The translations under genes were made by a program, and so were the position numbers. This document shows, piece after piece, positions 28,909-38,819 of a DNA stretch of 64,000 nt. The DNA comes from a virus (taxonomy: Duplodnaviria; Caudoviricetes), in the IMG/VR virus record IMGVR_UViG_3300024279_000008, positions 1,772 to 65,771 of that record; one strand, written 5' to 3'. Numbering within the stretch: position 1 is the stretch's first letter; every line of letters begins with the position of its first letter. Under the pieces are notes generated by a model. It saw nothing but the letters and a program-made list of their open reading frames with translations, had not been told where the DNA came from and ran no database searches.

Positions 28909-29385
28909 TTAGCTCACAAACAAGTTCTGCCAGAGGAAGTCAATTGCGTAACTCCCGAGGGAATCAGCCGAGGCTGTCCCTGTACAGGTGTTAATCATAA
29001 CTGGCTCACCATTGGTTGAGGTGAAGAACACCGCACCGGTTTGGGCTCCATTACTCGCGACGGTCGGGGCCACAAGGGTCGCGTCATACGCACCCACTGT
29101 CCCAACCGCCGTGGCGCTGCCAATCAATGCAGTTCCATTATAGAACCCCATCGTGACATTAGCAGCAGTTGCAGCAGCGACGGTACAGTAGATTTTAATC
29201 CCTGTAATCCTCACTGGCTGCTTAAACACAGGGAGTCGGTAGGTACCATTGACCTTAGTCCCCGCAGTACCCGTGAAGGTCTGTGTGGCTGAGGCGGTGA
29301 TGGTACCAATTGAAACTCCGCTAGAGGGTGATCCAACTACAGAGTCTTGGATCGTGACGTTAAAACCTGGATCACTATATGCCAT
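28909..29385 (-). CDS. putative capsid decoration/cement protein
   Basis: 158 aa, T/A/G-rich and beta-rich, directly after the capsid gene. Confidence 0.6.
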   Translation of the reverse strand: MAYSDPGFNVTIQDSVVGSPSSGVSIGTITASATQTFTGTAGTKVNGTYRLPVFKQPVRITGIKIYCTVAAATAANVTMGFYNGTALIGSATAVGTVGAYDATLVAPTVASNGAQTGAVFFTSTNGEPVMINTCTGTASADSLGSYAIDFLWQNLFVS

Positions 29386-29397
29386 GGTTTTGTCTCC

Positions 29398-30129
29398 TTA
29401 TGCTGAGGTAACATACACAATATGCTGCTCCGCAGGCGTGCCTGTGTAGCTCCATACTGTCTTCCATCCACCAAGGAAGTACCACGCTAGGCCCTGATCG
29501 CGGCCATAGTCAATGGAGACCTTCACTCGGAGTTCCTCGGGAACTGCGACGGCCTCGTAGACCGCATCAGCCCCAAAGAACACAGCAGCTCCATGGGTGG
29601 AGCCATTCCCGATGGTGTTGGATAGATATCCAGTTTCCTCTACGAAGCGGGTGTTGTAGTACTTCCCAATCTCCCCGTTGAAGATATTCTTCGCGAAGTC
29701 CACCGTGTACTTCGAGACATCCACCCAACCACCAGCAGCGGTATCTCCAAACATCCCAGAGAGAGCCGCAGTGGAAGCAATGCAGATGTAGGACTGACCA
29801 TCGAATTTCGGGATCAGTTTCTTCTTCATGAAGTCCACAACCGACCGGACATTCGCTCCGGTTAGATCGGCAGTAGCCACAGCAGTGGCAGTGCCATTGG
29901 TTGTGATGACGGTGTTGTTGGTGGCGGACATCACCGCGATGAACTCGGTATTAACATACTGAGCCCCCGCAGCAGATTCCAGGGCCTTGACCATATCATC
30001 TCGTAGGGATTGCTCCACTGCCGGTTCGATCATGATCTGACCTAGGGCTTCGAGCTTCCCGGTATAGGGGACCGAGTTGCCGTATTCTACGATCACGCCA
30101 GTACCCTGGCCGACCGTAAAGTTCGTTTG
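29398..30129 (-). CDS. major capsid protein (N4 gp56-like), exon 2
   Basis: QTNFTVGQGTGVIVEYGNSVPYTGKLE...GEIGKYYNTRFVE...DYGRDQGLAWY; joins in frame to exon 1 to give 317 aa. Confidence 0.9.
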   Translation of the reverse strand, partial: QTNFTVGQGTGVIVEYGNSVPYTGKLEALGQIMIEPAVEQSLRDDMVKALESAAGAQYVNTEFIAVMSATNNTVITTNGTATAVATADLTGANVRSVVDFMKKKLIPKFDGQSYICIASTAALSGMFGDTAAGGWVDVSKYTVDFAKNIFNGEIGKYYNTRFVEETGYLSNTIGNGSTHGAAVFFGADAVYEAVAVPEELRVKVSIDYGRDQGLAWYFLGGWKTVWSYTGTPAEQHIVYVTSA

Positions 30130-30870
30130 TATTTATGTTAACTTACTATCACTAGTAAGATCGGACTTTCTCATCATTCAGATGTCTGAAGGGAGGCGTA
30201 AAGTCTCTGAGGACTCACCAAAAGGTTTGTTTGCTTCACGAGAAAAATTAAGAATCGATGGATAATTATGAACCTCATCCCTAATTTTTTCGACTAGTTC
30301 CTTTATTCTTGGTTCTCCTTGAAGAGATACTCCATGAAATTTACAGGACTTATCCTGCCCAGCAGCAACTGCTAGACTCTCACGGTAGTCAACCAATTCT
30401 ATTGCTAATTCCGATCTTCGTCGTTTAGCAAATAAATATGGAATGACTTGCTCAAGAAGTTTCTTGACTCTTTGTTTCCCACCAATTGTAATGCAAACTC
30501 CAGGTTTTGACTTCTTTGGACTTTGAGGGGAGGAGATATAAAATCCAACTTCCAGCCTACAAAGAATTTCTGTTGTTCGCCTAATAATTAGTGGATGAGT
30601 ATTATAGATTGTAACTCTTACAGTTAAGTTATTGCATTCTTTCTGGTTTCTAAATCCAGCATAAATACATCCCTCACCATCTATAATAGCTCCAAGCCAA
30701 GCCAAATCGGTGTCTTTCCTGCGGGTTGACTCAGCTTCAGGATTATTACCAACCTGGGTACCTGAAAGACTCTTGAGTGATTCCTGCATATGGTCTCCTT
30801 TTACATGCCCCAAACGGGGAAATTAGTTTACTATCTGACTGTAGAATAGCACGCTATTTCCCAAATGTCC
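30130..30870 (-). mobile_element. group I intron (741 nt) in the major capsid gene
   Basis: IGS CGUUUG-GGGCAUG (30816-30804) pairs with the spliced junction CAUGCCU|CAAACG. P7 GAGACUU/AAGUCC; P9 CUUACUA-GUGA-UAGUAAG. Confidence 0.9.
30178..30789 (-). CDS. intron-encoded LAGLIDADG homing endonuclease
   Basis: LAWLGAIIDGEGCI motif; AAGGAG RBS before ATG 30789. Confidence 0.9.
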   Translation of the reverse strand: MQESLKSLSGTQVGNNPEAESTRRKDTDLAWLGAIIDGEGCIYAGFRNQKECNNLTVRVTIYNTHPLIIRRTTEILCRLEVGFYISSPQSPKKSKPGVCITIGGKQRVKKLLEQVIPYLFAKRRRSELAIELVDYRESLAVAAGQDKSCKFHGVSLQGEPRIKELVEKIRDEVHNYPSILNFSREANKPFGESSETLRLPSDI

Positions 30871-31092
30871 AGGCATGGTGTTCGTCTCAGCCAGGACTGT
30901 ACCTTGCGTGGAGACGTTACCTCGTTTATCGAATAGCCAAGTATCACCACGGTTCTTACCGACATTTTCCTTGACATCCACGAACTGTCTAAAGCGAAAC
31001 TGTGGTTGTGCCTGTGCACGTAACCGTTGGGTTAGATAAGGCTGTGAAAGGTAACCACCTAGGCTACCTGTTGAGTATTGCTGTCCTGGCAT
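30871..31092 (-). CDS. major capsid protein, exon 1
   Basis: AAGGAGG RBS; GGYLSQPYL...FRFRQFVD...GDT...LAETNTMP ends in U at the 5' splice site. Confidence 0.9.
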
Positions 31093-31143
31093 GGTGCCTG
31101 GACCTCCTTTATCATTCTAATTGAACAAACATTCCACCCATCC

Positions 31144-31950
31144 TTATACCTGTAGGTTCCTCAACCTCGCCGCTGATGCGTTACGCCGGGCGAAGTAGTC
31201 ATCTGCTGACTCTCCCTGCGGTTGAGTTGGTTGCGACTGGGAATGGTCCCCTACCTGTTGGGGAGGTGGAGTGAAAGCATTCCGAACTTCCTGCGTTCGG
31301 GTGATTGCTTCTTGTTTGCCATCAGCACGATACTGGAGGCCTAGGTTTCGTAGTTCTGTTACTTCTTTGTCTACAGATTCCTTGTAGATACGAACGAAGT
31401 CTTCGGACGAGTGGATTCGTCCAGCGGCACGTTCTGCCTCGACTCGCGCATTCACAGGGGCTTGTAGGTACCGTTCAAAACGAGCTAGATCGGGATTTTC
31501 CATCCTGACCTTGGTTATATGACGGTCAATCTCTAATTGGACCTGGGTTGCAGCTAGGGCGTCCGCGTAGGCTTTCTGGGTTACTTCCCCTTCAATGCCT
31601 TTCCGGACAGATTCTGTTAGGGCTTTTTCTGCTCCCTCAAAGTCCCCCTGACGGATCTTCTCGACCCAACCCACAACCGGAGCTACTGGAAGGGCCGATG
31701 CTTGGAGGGTCTGGGACCGCGTGGAGAGTGCCTCAATCTTGGCGTTCAATGCCGAGAGAGTATCGGTGAGTTCCTGGGGGATCACCATGGGAGCTGGAGC
31801 TGGGGGCTGCTGAGGAGTGGGGGGTTGGGGTGGGCCGTTCTGAACCGGGCCACTATACAACCTCGCATATTTTTGTTCGGGGGTCTCCAGGTCTACAGGC
31901 TGCTGGCCCTGAGGTTGACCCTGAGAGGGATCGGTAACTGTTGTTGCCAT
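31144..31950 (-). CDS. capsid scaffolding protein
   Basis: P/Q-rich ends and helical core, directly upstream of the capsid gene. Confidence 0.75.
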   Translation of the reverse strand: MATTVTDPSQGQPQGQQPVDLETPEQKYARLYSGPVQNGPPQPPTPQQPPAPAPMVIPQELTDTLSALNAKIEALSTRSQTLQASALPVAPVVGWVEKIRQGDFEGAEKALTESVRKGIEGEVTQKAYADALAATQVQLEIDRHITKVRMENPDLARFERYLQAPVNARVEAERAAGRIHSSEDFVRIYKESVDKEVTELRNLGLQYRADGKQEAITRTQEVRNAFTPPPQQVGDHSQSQPTQPQGESADDYFARRNASAARLRNLQV

Positions 31951-31969
31951 GGGTTAAAATCTTTCCTTT

Positions 31970-32269
31970 TTATAGTGATACACCTTTGTGGTTGAGTTCT
32001 TCGAGGGCTTTCTCCCCCCGAGTTAGGACAGTTTCCATCACCTGGATGATGTAGTCAATCCCGTATGCACGAGCCGCACATTGGTCCCGAGTCACTCCTG
32101 GGGGAAGTTCACCCCCTAGGATGTTGTTAACCAGGGCCTTGGTGTATTGGTCACGGGTTTTTTGGAGCTTCGGCAGTATCACGTCTGTCCAAGCAATGTG
32201 ATGGAGGAGATCGAAAGTATCCTCGGCTTGGGCGACTGCCACGAGAGTAGAATGGGTATCAGTGGGCAT
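31970..32269 (-). CDS. small helical head-module protein
   Basis: 99 aa between the portal region and the scaffold gene. Confidence 0.6.
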   Translation of the reverse strand: MPTDTHSTLVAVAQAEDTFDLLHHIAWTDVILPKLQKTRDQYTKALVNNILGGELPPGVTRDQCAARAYGIDYIIQVMETVLTRGEKALEELNHKGVSL

Positions 32270-32280
32270 AGGTGGAAGGG

Positions 32281-34512
32281 CTACTGACTCAAATCAAGCC
32301 ATTGGGTGCCATCATATCGAAGATTGATAATACCACCAGAAACGTAGGCCGTACCAATGTTATTGGCTGGGTTACGAGCGCTCTTAATGGCCAGGGCAGA
32401 TCCGCTAGCATAGGCTAAGGTGTTCGATCCAGCCTGTAAGGAATGGGCTAGTTTGATACTCAACCCTAGACCTTTAATGAGTGGTAGGCCAATCTGGGTC
32501 GCCACCAAGGCATTATTGGCTCCAGTGGATTCATCAGCGGTGTAGTAGACTCCATAGTCATTCCCAGAGGAAGCATCAGCAATGGGGATGGTAATAGAGC
32601 CCGGGATCATGGAATTGGAATGAACCGTGTTTTGGTTGCTGGTAGCATCGAAGTTCATCCCAGTGGTGGCCGTACCACCAAAGCTGTTGCTATTGAATTC
32701 ATTGAGAATGCAGGTGTTGGTAACGGATAACAGAACGGTAGCAGTTGGGTCACCAATCATCACGTTGTTGTTGAAAGTGTTGCCTGCACAAGAGCCGGAA
32801 AAATGCGCGCCGGTCTTTCCCCCTGGTACCCGGAACACGTTGTTGTTATAGGAGCTATATGCAGCTCCTCCAGACCCATCAAGTAGCAGGCCATTCCCAT
32901 ATAGGAACTGGACGTTGCTAACCACTACACCCCGAGAATTGGTATTGTGGATACCGTTGTTACCAGTGGTCGGAGCCACATACCCGCCAGTGATTTCAAT
33001 ACTCCCTGGGTATCCCGTGTTGCCATTAAGGAAAATACAATCCACCTGGCAGCCATCATGGATACTGTTAACAAAGTGCATATCGATAGCAATTGTACTA
33101 TCGATATAGAATCCATAATCGAGGGTAGCAGACTCAAAATGATCAGTTTTGATATCTGAGGTATGGGTACCATGGACGTATAACCCACGTGTATTACTAC
33201 CAGTCCCTACCGCTAAGCAATGTAGAAGGTAGGTGGTGAAGCTTCCTGCGGTGGTCGTGTCAATTTCCCAACCCGACCGTACCGACGCACTAGTTGTCGT
33301 CCAGTTGCTTATAAGAGTATCCCAAGTCCCTGAACGTGCTGAGTTTAGTTTGAAGTTAACAAACGAATCCTTCGCAGAGACATGATCGATAAGTATCCAA
33401 CATGCGTCCGTTGTATTAATCCCAACCGATCCTGCAACCCCAACAGGTGTACGTTGGATTTGGAGATTCCGTACCACGGGGTTGTTAATACTCGTTGCCC
33501 CAGCACAATCAGTGGTTGTTCCTACAATAGAGATAATATCCCCACTTGTCGAGGTATCGTTGATTATCGTGGGAGACGAAGCACCTCCAACACCTAATGG
33601 AGCAACACCTTGGATGGTTACACCACTCTTTTCAATGATTGCTCCTGTGGTTTTATACGTCCCAGCCTGGAGTTGAACAATCCCACCCCCACCCGTGGAG
33701 CGGGCGGCAATTACTGTATTTATTGCTGCAAGATCATCATGGGAATTGTCTCGCAATGCTCCAAGCCACTCGGGGTAGAGGCTAGGGGTAGCAGGGCCAA
33801 ACACAACAGTGCCTGTACCAGTGAGACCGATTTGCTGGACCAATGCCCCATAGAAGGTGCCATTTAGGGTTAGGGTGAAGGTGTTTTTAACGAGGAGTGC
33901 CCCACCGGCGGGTGGGGATAGACTATACACCGGACAAGTCAAGGTTAGATTCGTTCCAACCGCATACGCCTTATTTGGAGTGAGTTGGAACCCTCCAGGG
34001 TACGCAGTACAGGCATTGGTTAAGGCCGTAGAATCATCGGTGGTTCCATCTGCATTAGGAGATTGGGTAGCAATCGATGGCAGTTGCTTCTGGACAAAAG
34101 CATCCGTCCCGAACTTTGTGGAGCTATCTCCATCAGCCTGGGTGGTAGCAGTAGTTGGAGTAGCAGGACCGGTGATTGTAATCCCTCCAACCCCATCATC
34201 GGTGATAGTGATGTTAGTACCGTTTTTGAGGTTAAGGACCGTTTGGGATCCATTGGTGGTTCCATTGGTCTTCAACGTAACCGTTGTTCCTCCACCCTCC
34301 GAAGTGAATGATCCGTTCACACACCGATAGGCGGTGGAGTTACCAGTGTTGTAGAAGAACGCTGGTGAGGAGCAGCTCCCTGGGGTTGTAGCTCCGGCAT
34401 CATAATAAACCCCATTATAAAACGTCATTTGGGAAGGTTGGGAATGGGCAACCTGTCCCAGGGCTAGAAAGGTTGCCAGGAATGTAGCAACCTGAAGAAT
34501 TCTCTTAAACAT
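32281..34512 (-). CDS. beta-helix (pectate-lyase-like) protein with N-terminal signal peptide
   Basis: MFKRILQVATFLATFLALGQVAHS|Q signal; DDLAAIN..GGGIVQLQAGTY; C-terminal YDGTQW. Confidence 0.75.
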   Translation of the reverse strand: MFKRILQVATFLATFLALGQVAHSQPSQMTFYNGVYYDAGATTPGSCSSPAFFYNTGNSTAYRCVNGSFTSEGGGTTVTLKTNGTTNGSQTVLNLKNGTNITITDDGVGGITITGPATPTTATTQADGDSSTKFGTDAFVQKQLPSIATQSPNADGTTDDSTALTNACTAYPGGFQLTPNKAYAVGTNLTLTCPVYSLSPPAGGALLVKNTFTLTLNGTFYGALVQQIGLTGTGTVVFGPATPSLYPEWLGALRDNSHDDLAAINTVIAARSTGGGGIVQLQAGTYKTTGAIIEKSGVTIQGVAPLGVGGASSPTIINDTSTSGDIISIVGTTTDCAGATSINNPVVRNLQIQRTPVGVAGSVGINTTDACWILIDHVSAKDSFVNFKLNSARSGTWDTLISNWTTTSASVRSGWEIDTTTAGSFTTYLLHCLAVGTGSNTRGLYVHGTHTSDIKTDHFESATLDYGFYIDSTIAIDMHFVNSIHDGCQVDCIFLNGNTGYPGSIEITGGYVAPTTGNNGIHNTNSRGVVVSNVQFLYGNGLLLDGSGGAAYSSYNNNVFRVPGGKTGAHFSGSCAGNTFNNNVMIGDPTATVLLSVTNTCILNEFNSNSFGGTATTGMNFDATSNQNTVHSNSMIPGSITIPIADASSGNDYGVYYTADESTGANNALVATQIGLPLIKGLGLSIKLAHSLQAGSNTLAYASGSALAIKSARNPANNIGTAYVSGGIINLRYDGTQWLDLSQ

Positions 34513-34515
34513 AAC

Positions 34516-36804
34516 TTATCGTCCTCCTCCACCAGCCGGGGATTGTTGAGCCTGCTGCTGGAGTTGCTGTTGTTGAAGTTGTTGGGCTCCCATTTCCTGG
34601 GTATGTTGGAGTGCCATTTGGGCTAGTTGGGTTGCTTGTTCCTGCTTAGCAGAGTCTTGTTCATGGGTTAGACGTTGGAGATCCAGGGATTGCTGGTGTT
34701 GTTGCTGGCCTTGGAGTTGTTGGTGTTGGAGGAGTTGGGGGATAAGGCCGATAAGATCCGAGGTGGATGCTTGGTTCTGCATCTCGATCTTTTTGGCTTC
34801 CTGAGTAGCAGGATCAGCGATGATGTCCTCGATCTCGTGGATGTGGGGACGGAAGCACTCAAGGACCCTCCGGAGGAGGACATCCTGGTTCACGTAGGGA
34901 AGCCACGCTTCGGGGTTCTGACCGATGAGGTTCATGAGCTGAACCAGGTTTTGGAGAGTCTCGGCTTTCATGAGCTGGCCGGTGATACCCACAGATTTGA
35001 CCTTGTAGTCCCCCTGGATTAGTTCCATGATCTCCTCACGGGGCATTCCATTGAGGACATCTGCGCCGACCCCAAGGATGGAGGCGACCCGCTGGTCATT
35101 GGAGGTATCGATGAATTGGAAAATCAGATCCATCGCCATTGTGACGAGGGGCTCGATAGCTTCCTTCTCGATGTCTGCTGCCATCCCTCCCATGAAGGAT
35201 TCGGATTGTTGTTGGAGGAGTTGGGACTCGGTAGCGGTTTGTTGGCCTTTCCATCGGGGAAGGCCCTCGGCAATATCTGAGATCAGGGCTCCTTCCTGGT
35301 GGGCTCGGTCAAGCATCGCTGCAACCTGGGTAGTCCCACCAGAGATATCCTGGAACTCCACGGGTTTGATTCCTTGAATCCCCGCATTCCCCAGGTTCTT
35401 CCTAAGCATCTTTCCAGGGACAAGGCCTGTCTCTAGATCCTCGGGGTTCTCGAATGCCTCGACTGCTACCTCAAACAACGGCAGAAGCCTGAACATCAAG
35501 GTATCTACTGAGAGATTCGCGATTTGTGACAGTGCTTTATCAATAAACCGTACATTTTCAATAAGACCCACACCCTCCGTGCGAAAGGGAAGTGAGAGAG
35601 GCGAGAAGCCAATGTAGGGAGCTTTGCGATGTAGGAACGGGTTGTCTTGGTATACGAGAACCGTCGAGTCGTTCCCAAGGATGACATGGGCAAACTCCTT
35701 TACGATCTTTCCGTCAAAGACTATGGGGCCGTAGTACTCGGTGAGTTTGCAGACCGCAGTGTCGGCATTGGGGCCGTTCTGGGTCATAACGGTTTCACCA
35801 AACCGGAGGTTGGACATCTTGTAACGTTCGTCAATCCGCATGGATTGGAGATGGTCGATTTTCTCTCGGGGGAAGATCCCTGCATCAGCCATTTTGATAA
35901 GCTCCCACCGGGGGATTTCGATATCCTCGATGGTTCCTACCCACCGGTTAAGCTTCGAACCGGGAAGCCAATAGAAGTTGTAGGGGTCAACCGCCCGGAG
36001 GTATAGACGACCCTCCATGATTTCTTCCTGGACGAGCTTCTTTTGGGGGATCATTAAGTAGGAAGGAGGGGCGGACCCGCCCGGGCCTTGTCCCCATCCC
36101 TCGGGTGCGAGCATCTCCCCACCAAGTTGCTGGGGGTAGGAGGCTTGGTTTTGTTGCATGTACCCGAACCGGGGTTGCCCAAAGGGCGGGGGGATCTGCC
36201 GAGGGGTAGGCTCAGACTGGAGAAGGTCTTGTTGGGTGTCGAGGGGGCCAGCTTCACCTGGGGAGCCTTGAGGGATAGGAATGTATGAGGTCTTAACCCG
36301 GGTTTGTTTCCGAGGATACAATCCCCACCAGAGCTTCCAAACCCCAAGCCCAAGCATAAACCCGCACTCCAGCCCCTCAGTGAATTCCTTCAGGAAGTAG
36401 GCTTTGTCTAGGAAATGCCGGGTAAGGTAGGTGAGTTGCTCGGCACGGAGAGATTCTAGGATATCATCTGGGTTGGAGGCTTCGATATCCCAGGGTTTCT
36501 TCGAGGCAGTCAAGAGCCGCTTGATGGTGTTGGTAGCCATCTTGACCGAGGTCCAGGATTTTGGGAGGACAATCTTCGATTGCCAGTCATCCTTCACAGA
36601 CCAATCATCCAATCCTCGATAGAGCTTCCAGCAATCATCCCAGATGTTCCGGCGTTGGATAAATACCGATCGGCACTGCTGCCGCCATGTGGTGATGTAT
36701 GCCGCGATTTTTGCTTCCTCTGAGGAGGGTTGATTCGTCGAGGTGGCTTCATTACCCGAGGAAAAGTCAATCGGGTATGCATGTTCTAATTGGACAATGG
36801 CCAT
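34516..36804 (-). CDS. portal protein (P22-like)
   Basis: 762 aa; VDPYNFYWLPG, TATE..LLQQ and Q-rich C-terminal barrel; follows the terminase nuclease gene. Confidence 0.88.
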   Translation of the reverse strand: MAIVQLEHAYPIDFSSGNEATSTNQPSSEEAKIAAYITTWRQQCRSVFIQRRNIWDDCWKLYRGLDDWSVKDDWQSKIVLPKSWTSVKMATNTIKRLLTASKKPWDIEASNPDDILESLRAEQLTYLTRHFLDKAYFLKEFTEGLECGFMLGLGVWKLWWGLYPRKQTRVKTSYIPIPQGSPGEAGPLDTQQDLLQSEPTPRQIPPPFGQPRFGYMQQNQASYPQQLGGEMLAPEGWGQGPGGSAPPSYLMIPQKKLVQEEIMEGRLYLRAVDPYNFYWLPGSKLNRWVGTIEDIEIPRWELIKMADAGIFPREKIDHLQSMRIDERYKMSNLRFGETVMTQNGPNADTAVCKLTEYYGPIVFDGKIVKEFAHVILGNDSTVLVYQDNPFLHRKAPYIGFSPLSLPFRTEGVGLIENVRFIDKALSQIANLSVDTLMFRLLPLFEVAVEAFENPEDLETGLVPGKMLRKNLGNAGIQGIKPVEFQDISGGTTQVAAMLDRAHQEGALISDIAEGLPRWKGQQTATESQLLQQQSESFMGGMAADIEKEAIEPLVTMAMDLIFQFIDTSNDQRVASILGVGADVLNGMPREEIMELIQGDYKVKSVGITGQLMKAETLQNLVQLMNLIGQNPEAWLPYVNQDVLLRRVLECFRPHIHEIEDIIADPATQEAKKIEMQNQASTSDLIGLIPQLLQHQQLQGQQQHQQSLDLQRLTHEQDSAKQEQATQLAQMALQHTQEMGAQQLQQQQLQQQAQQSPAGGGGR

Positions 36805-36808
36805 AGGG

Positions 36809-37726
36809 TTACCGTAAGAACGTCCATTCTTTATCTTGGGTCATTCGCTGACGAGGAGCGGTAGAAGCAGGGCCAAAGCCGAACTTAGCGGCGAGGTTGG
36901 GCAAGGAGATCTTTCGAGACCGTAGGGATGGAGCGGAGTTCATGAAGTACTTACAGTCATCCAAGGCGTGGTTTTGTTTATCGATGAGCTGCTCCCGGTA
37001 GTTTTGGGTTTCAAGTTGCCGTTCGGTCATTGAAACATACGTAGCGTTCTCGAATTCCTCAATCATCTTCGGGCAGGATGACATGATTTTGAAGGTTACC
37101 TCATCCCCACACCAGTGTTTTTGCATGGTTGAAAGCCAGGCCTGCTCATCGGTGTTGCCTTGGAGGAGCTTGGAGATCCCCATCTCGATGAATTGCCGCC
37201 CAATCGTGGACATCATTCCGGTTCGCATGTCCCGTTGGGAGTAGTTGTTGAGGGATGGGTCATGGGCGATGTACCGGATTTGGTCCCAATACGGGCAGGC
37301 CTTCAAGGCCGAGGAGAATGCTTGGATGTCCTTACAGGGTTCGTATAGCTCCCAGATGGCATAGAGGATTCCATCCACTGCTGTGTAGACATGGAAGCTG
37401 GAGGGGTTGCGGGAGCCGTAATCAAACCCCGCCCACATAGGGAGGGACCGAGGCCAGTCGTTGAATTGGAACGGGCCGTCATGGAGGATGATCTCAGATT
37501 GACGGGATTTAATCTCCGGGAAGGCCTTCTCCCCGAGCATGGCATCGTAGGAGATGTCGAATTCCTGTTCGAACTTTGCCTGGGACATACCCTTAGCGGC
37601 TTCCTTTCGCCAAGCAGCAGATCGCTTCCGAGGGTCAGCAGTGTGATGGAGGGTTGCCACGACGAAGCCGTTCTGACCATTCTGGACGATCTTCAAGCCT
37701 TGCTGGGTATGGAGGAGTTTAGCCAA
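36809..37726 (-). CDS. terL: terminase large subunit, C-terminal (lid + nuclease) polypeptide
   Basis: GGAG RBS + TTG; LHHTADP, FEQEFDI, AGFDYGSRNP, DKQNHALDDCKY. Confidence 0.85.
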   Translation of the reverse strand: MAKLLHTQQGLKIVQNGQNGFVVATLHHTADPRKRSAAWRKEAAKGMSQAKFEQEFDISYDAMLGEKAFPEIKSRQSEIILHDGPFQFNDWPRSLPMWAGFDYGSRNPSSFHVYTAVDGILYAIWELYEPCKDIQAFSSALKACPYWDQIRYIAHDPSLNNYSQRDMRTGMMSTIGRQFIEMGISKLLQGNTDEQAWLSTMQKHWCGDEVTFKIMSSCPKMIEEFENATYVSMTERQLETQNYREQLIDKQNHALDDCKYFMNSAPSLRSRKISLPNLAAKFGFGPASTAPRQRMTQDKEWTFLR

Positions 37727-38459
37727 GGACCGCTCCTACTGGAGGGACTGCAAGGAGCATTTTGGAGACGGTCAGCCCGAAGGGGTTGGGGGCATGGTTG
37801 AAGTTCTGGGTGTTGTACATAGGGAAGAAGAACTTCGTTACATCGTACCCCAACCTCCCAAGAATCTCAGGGAGCTGCTCCAGACCTTGTTGCATAACTG
37901 TATCGAACTCCATAAACAGCGGGCATCGGGTCCTCTGAAGGGTCTCAAGGGCACCAACCAGGAAGGCAGGTTCCATTCCCTCGATGTCGGCTTTGATGAA
38001 GGCAGGGGTCAGGCCGAAGGAGTCCAAAGTTCGGATCTCTACAGCCACGTCCCCTTTGGAATCCATCATGGTACCTCCTGCTCCCTCGATTGGAGGAACC
38101 GAGGAGTAATACATCGTCATGGGTTTGTCCCCCAACCCAAATGGCAGAACCTCCACGTTGGAGATGTGGTTGGTAGCTAGGTTCCATTCTAGTACCTCTC
38201 GGACCTCAACCTGGGGCTCGAAGGCATAGATCTTTCGACAGACCTTTGAGAGGGGGAGGGTTAGATCCCCAATGTAGGCTCCGGCCTCGACAATATCCAC
38301 CGGTCCAGAGTGGAGGGAGAGCAACCCAAGAAAGACCTTTAGGTAAGTTAGCTCTGAATCGGAGTATTCCCCTAGCTCCCGAAGACTCCTTGACACCCAA
38401 GGGTCCTCATTGAAGATCTTCATTGGGCCATACCGGGTTGGGACAATGGAAGTTGTCAA
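37719..38459 (-). CDS. FkbM-family SAM-dependent methyltransferase
   Basis: VEAGAYIG, AFEPQ, IKADIEGME. Confidence 0.88.
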   Translation of the reverse strand: MTTSIVPTRYGPMKIFNEDPWVSRSLRELGEYSDSELTYLKVFLGLLSLHSGPVDIVEAGAYIGDLTLPLSKVCRKIYAFEPQVEVREVLEWNLATNHISNVEVLPFGLGDKPMTMYYSSVPPIEGAGGTMMDSKGDVAVEIRTLDSFGLTPAFIKADIEGMEPAFLVGALETLQRTRCPLFMEFDTVMQQGLEQLPEILGRLGYDVTKFFFPMYNTQNFNHAPNPFGLTVSKMLLAVPPVGAVLG

Positions 38460-38462
38460 GGG

Positions 38463-38819
38463 TTATTTACCAACGGATTTCAAAAACACCGATGCAGCCA
38501 CAAGGATATCTGAGGCTAGGGCCTCAGTAGCTAGGGGACCATCAATCACTGTTGCTGGTCCCTTCAAAACCCCTTTGGCATTCAATGCCGTCACAGTAGA
38601 TTGGACTCCATTGGTTAGGTCCGCGCCGGTCTGCGGGGTACCTAGCAACGCCCCCACTGCACTCAACCCACCCTGGATAGCAGCAGAGATCTCAGTGGCT
38701 GCGGGGAGTTTCTGCGCTCCAGACTTGGGTGGGAAGAGTTTCTCTACGAGTTTGGCTACCAGGTCATTGATGACTGGGATTGCAATTGGGGCTACCATCC
38801 CAATAACTGCACCTGCCAT
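38463..38819 (-). CDS. putative holin-like membrane protein
   Basis: Hydrophobic N-terminus and GAQKL motif; TAATG coupling. Confidence 0.4.
   Translation of the reverse strand: MAGAVIGMVAPIAIPVINDLVAKLVEKLFPPKSGAQKLPAATEISAAIQGGLSAVGALLGTPQTGADLTNGVQSTVTALNAKGVLKGPATVIDGPLATEALASDILVAASVFLKSVGK

Noticed and set aside
30823-30870. In-frame continuation of capsid exon 1 (GHLGNSVLFYSQIVN*)
   Set aside because: It is intron sequence; P1/P10 pairing and capsid continuity place the splice site at 30871/30870.
30130-30870. Group II intron or alternative junction giving MP-ETNF
   Set aside because: No GUGYG start or domain V; P7, P9 and the 13-nt IGS match fit group I and the CCU|CAA junction.
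11423-35693. Many + strand ORFs of 60-275 aa in the track
   Set aside because: Antisense shadows of long - strand virion genes, with no RBS or motifs.
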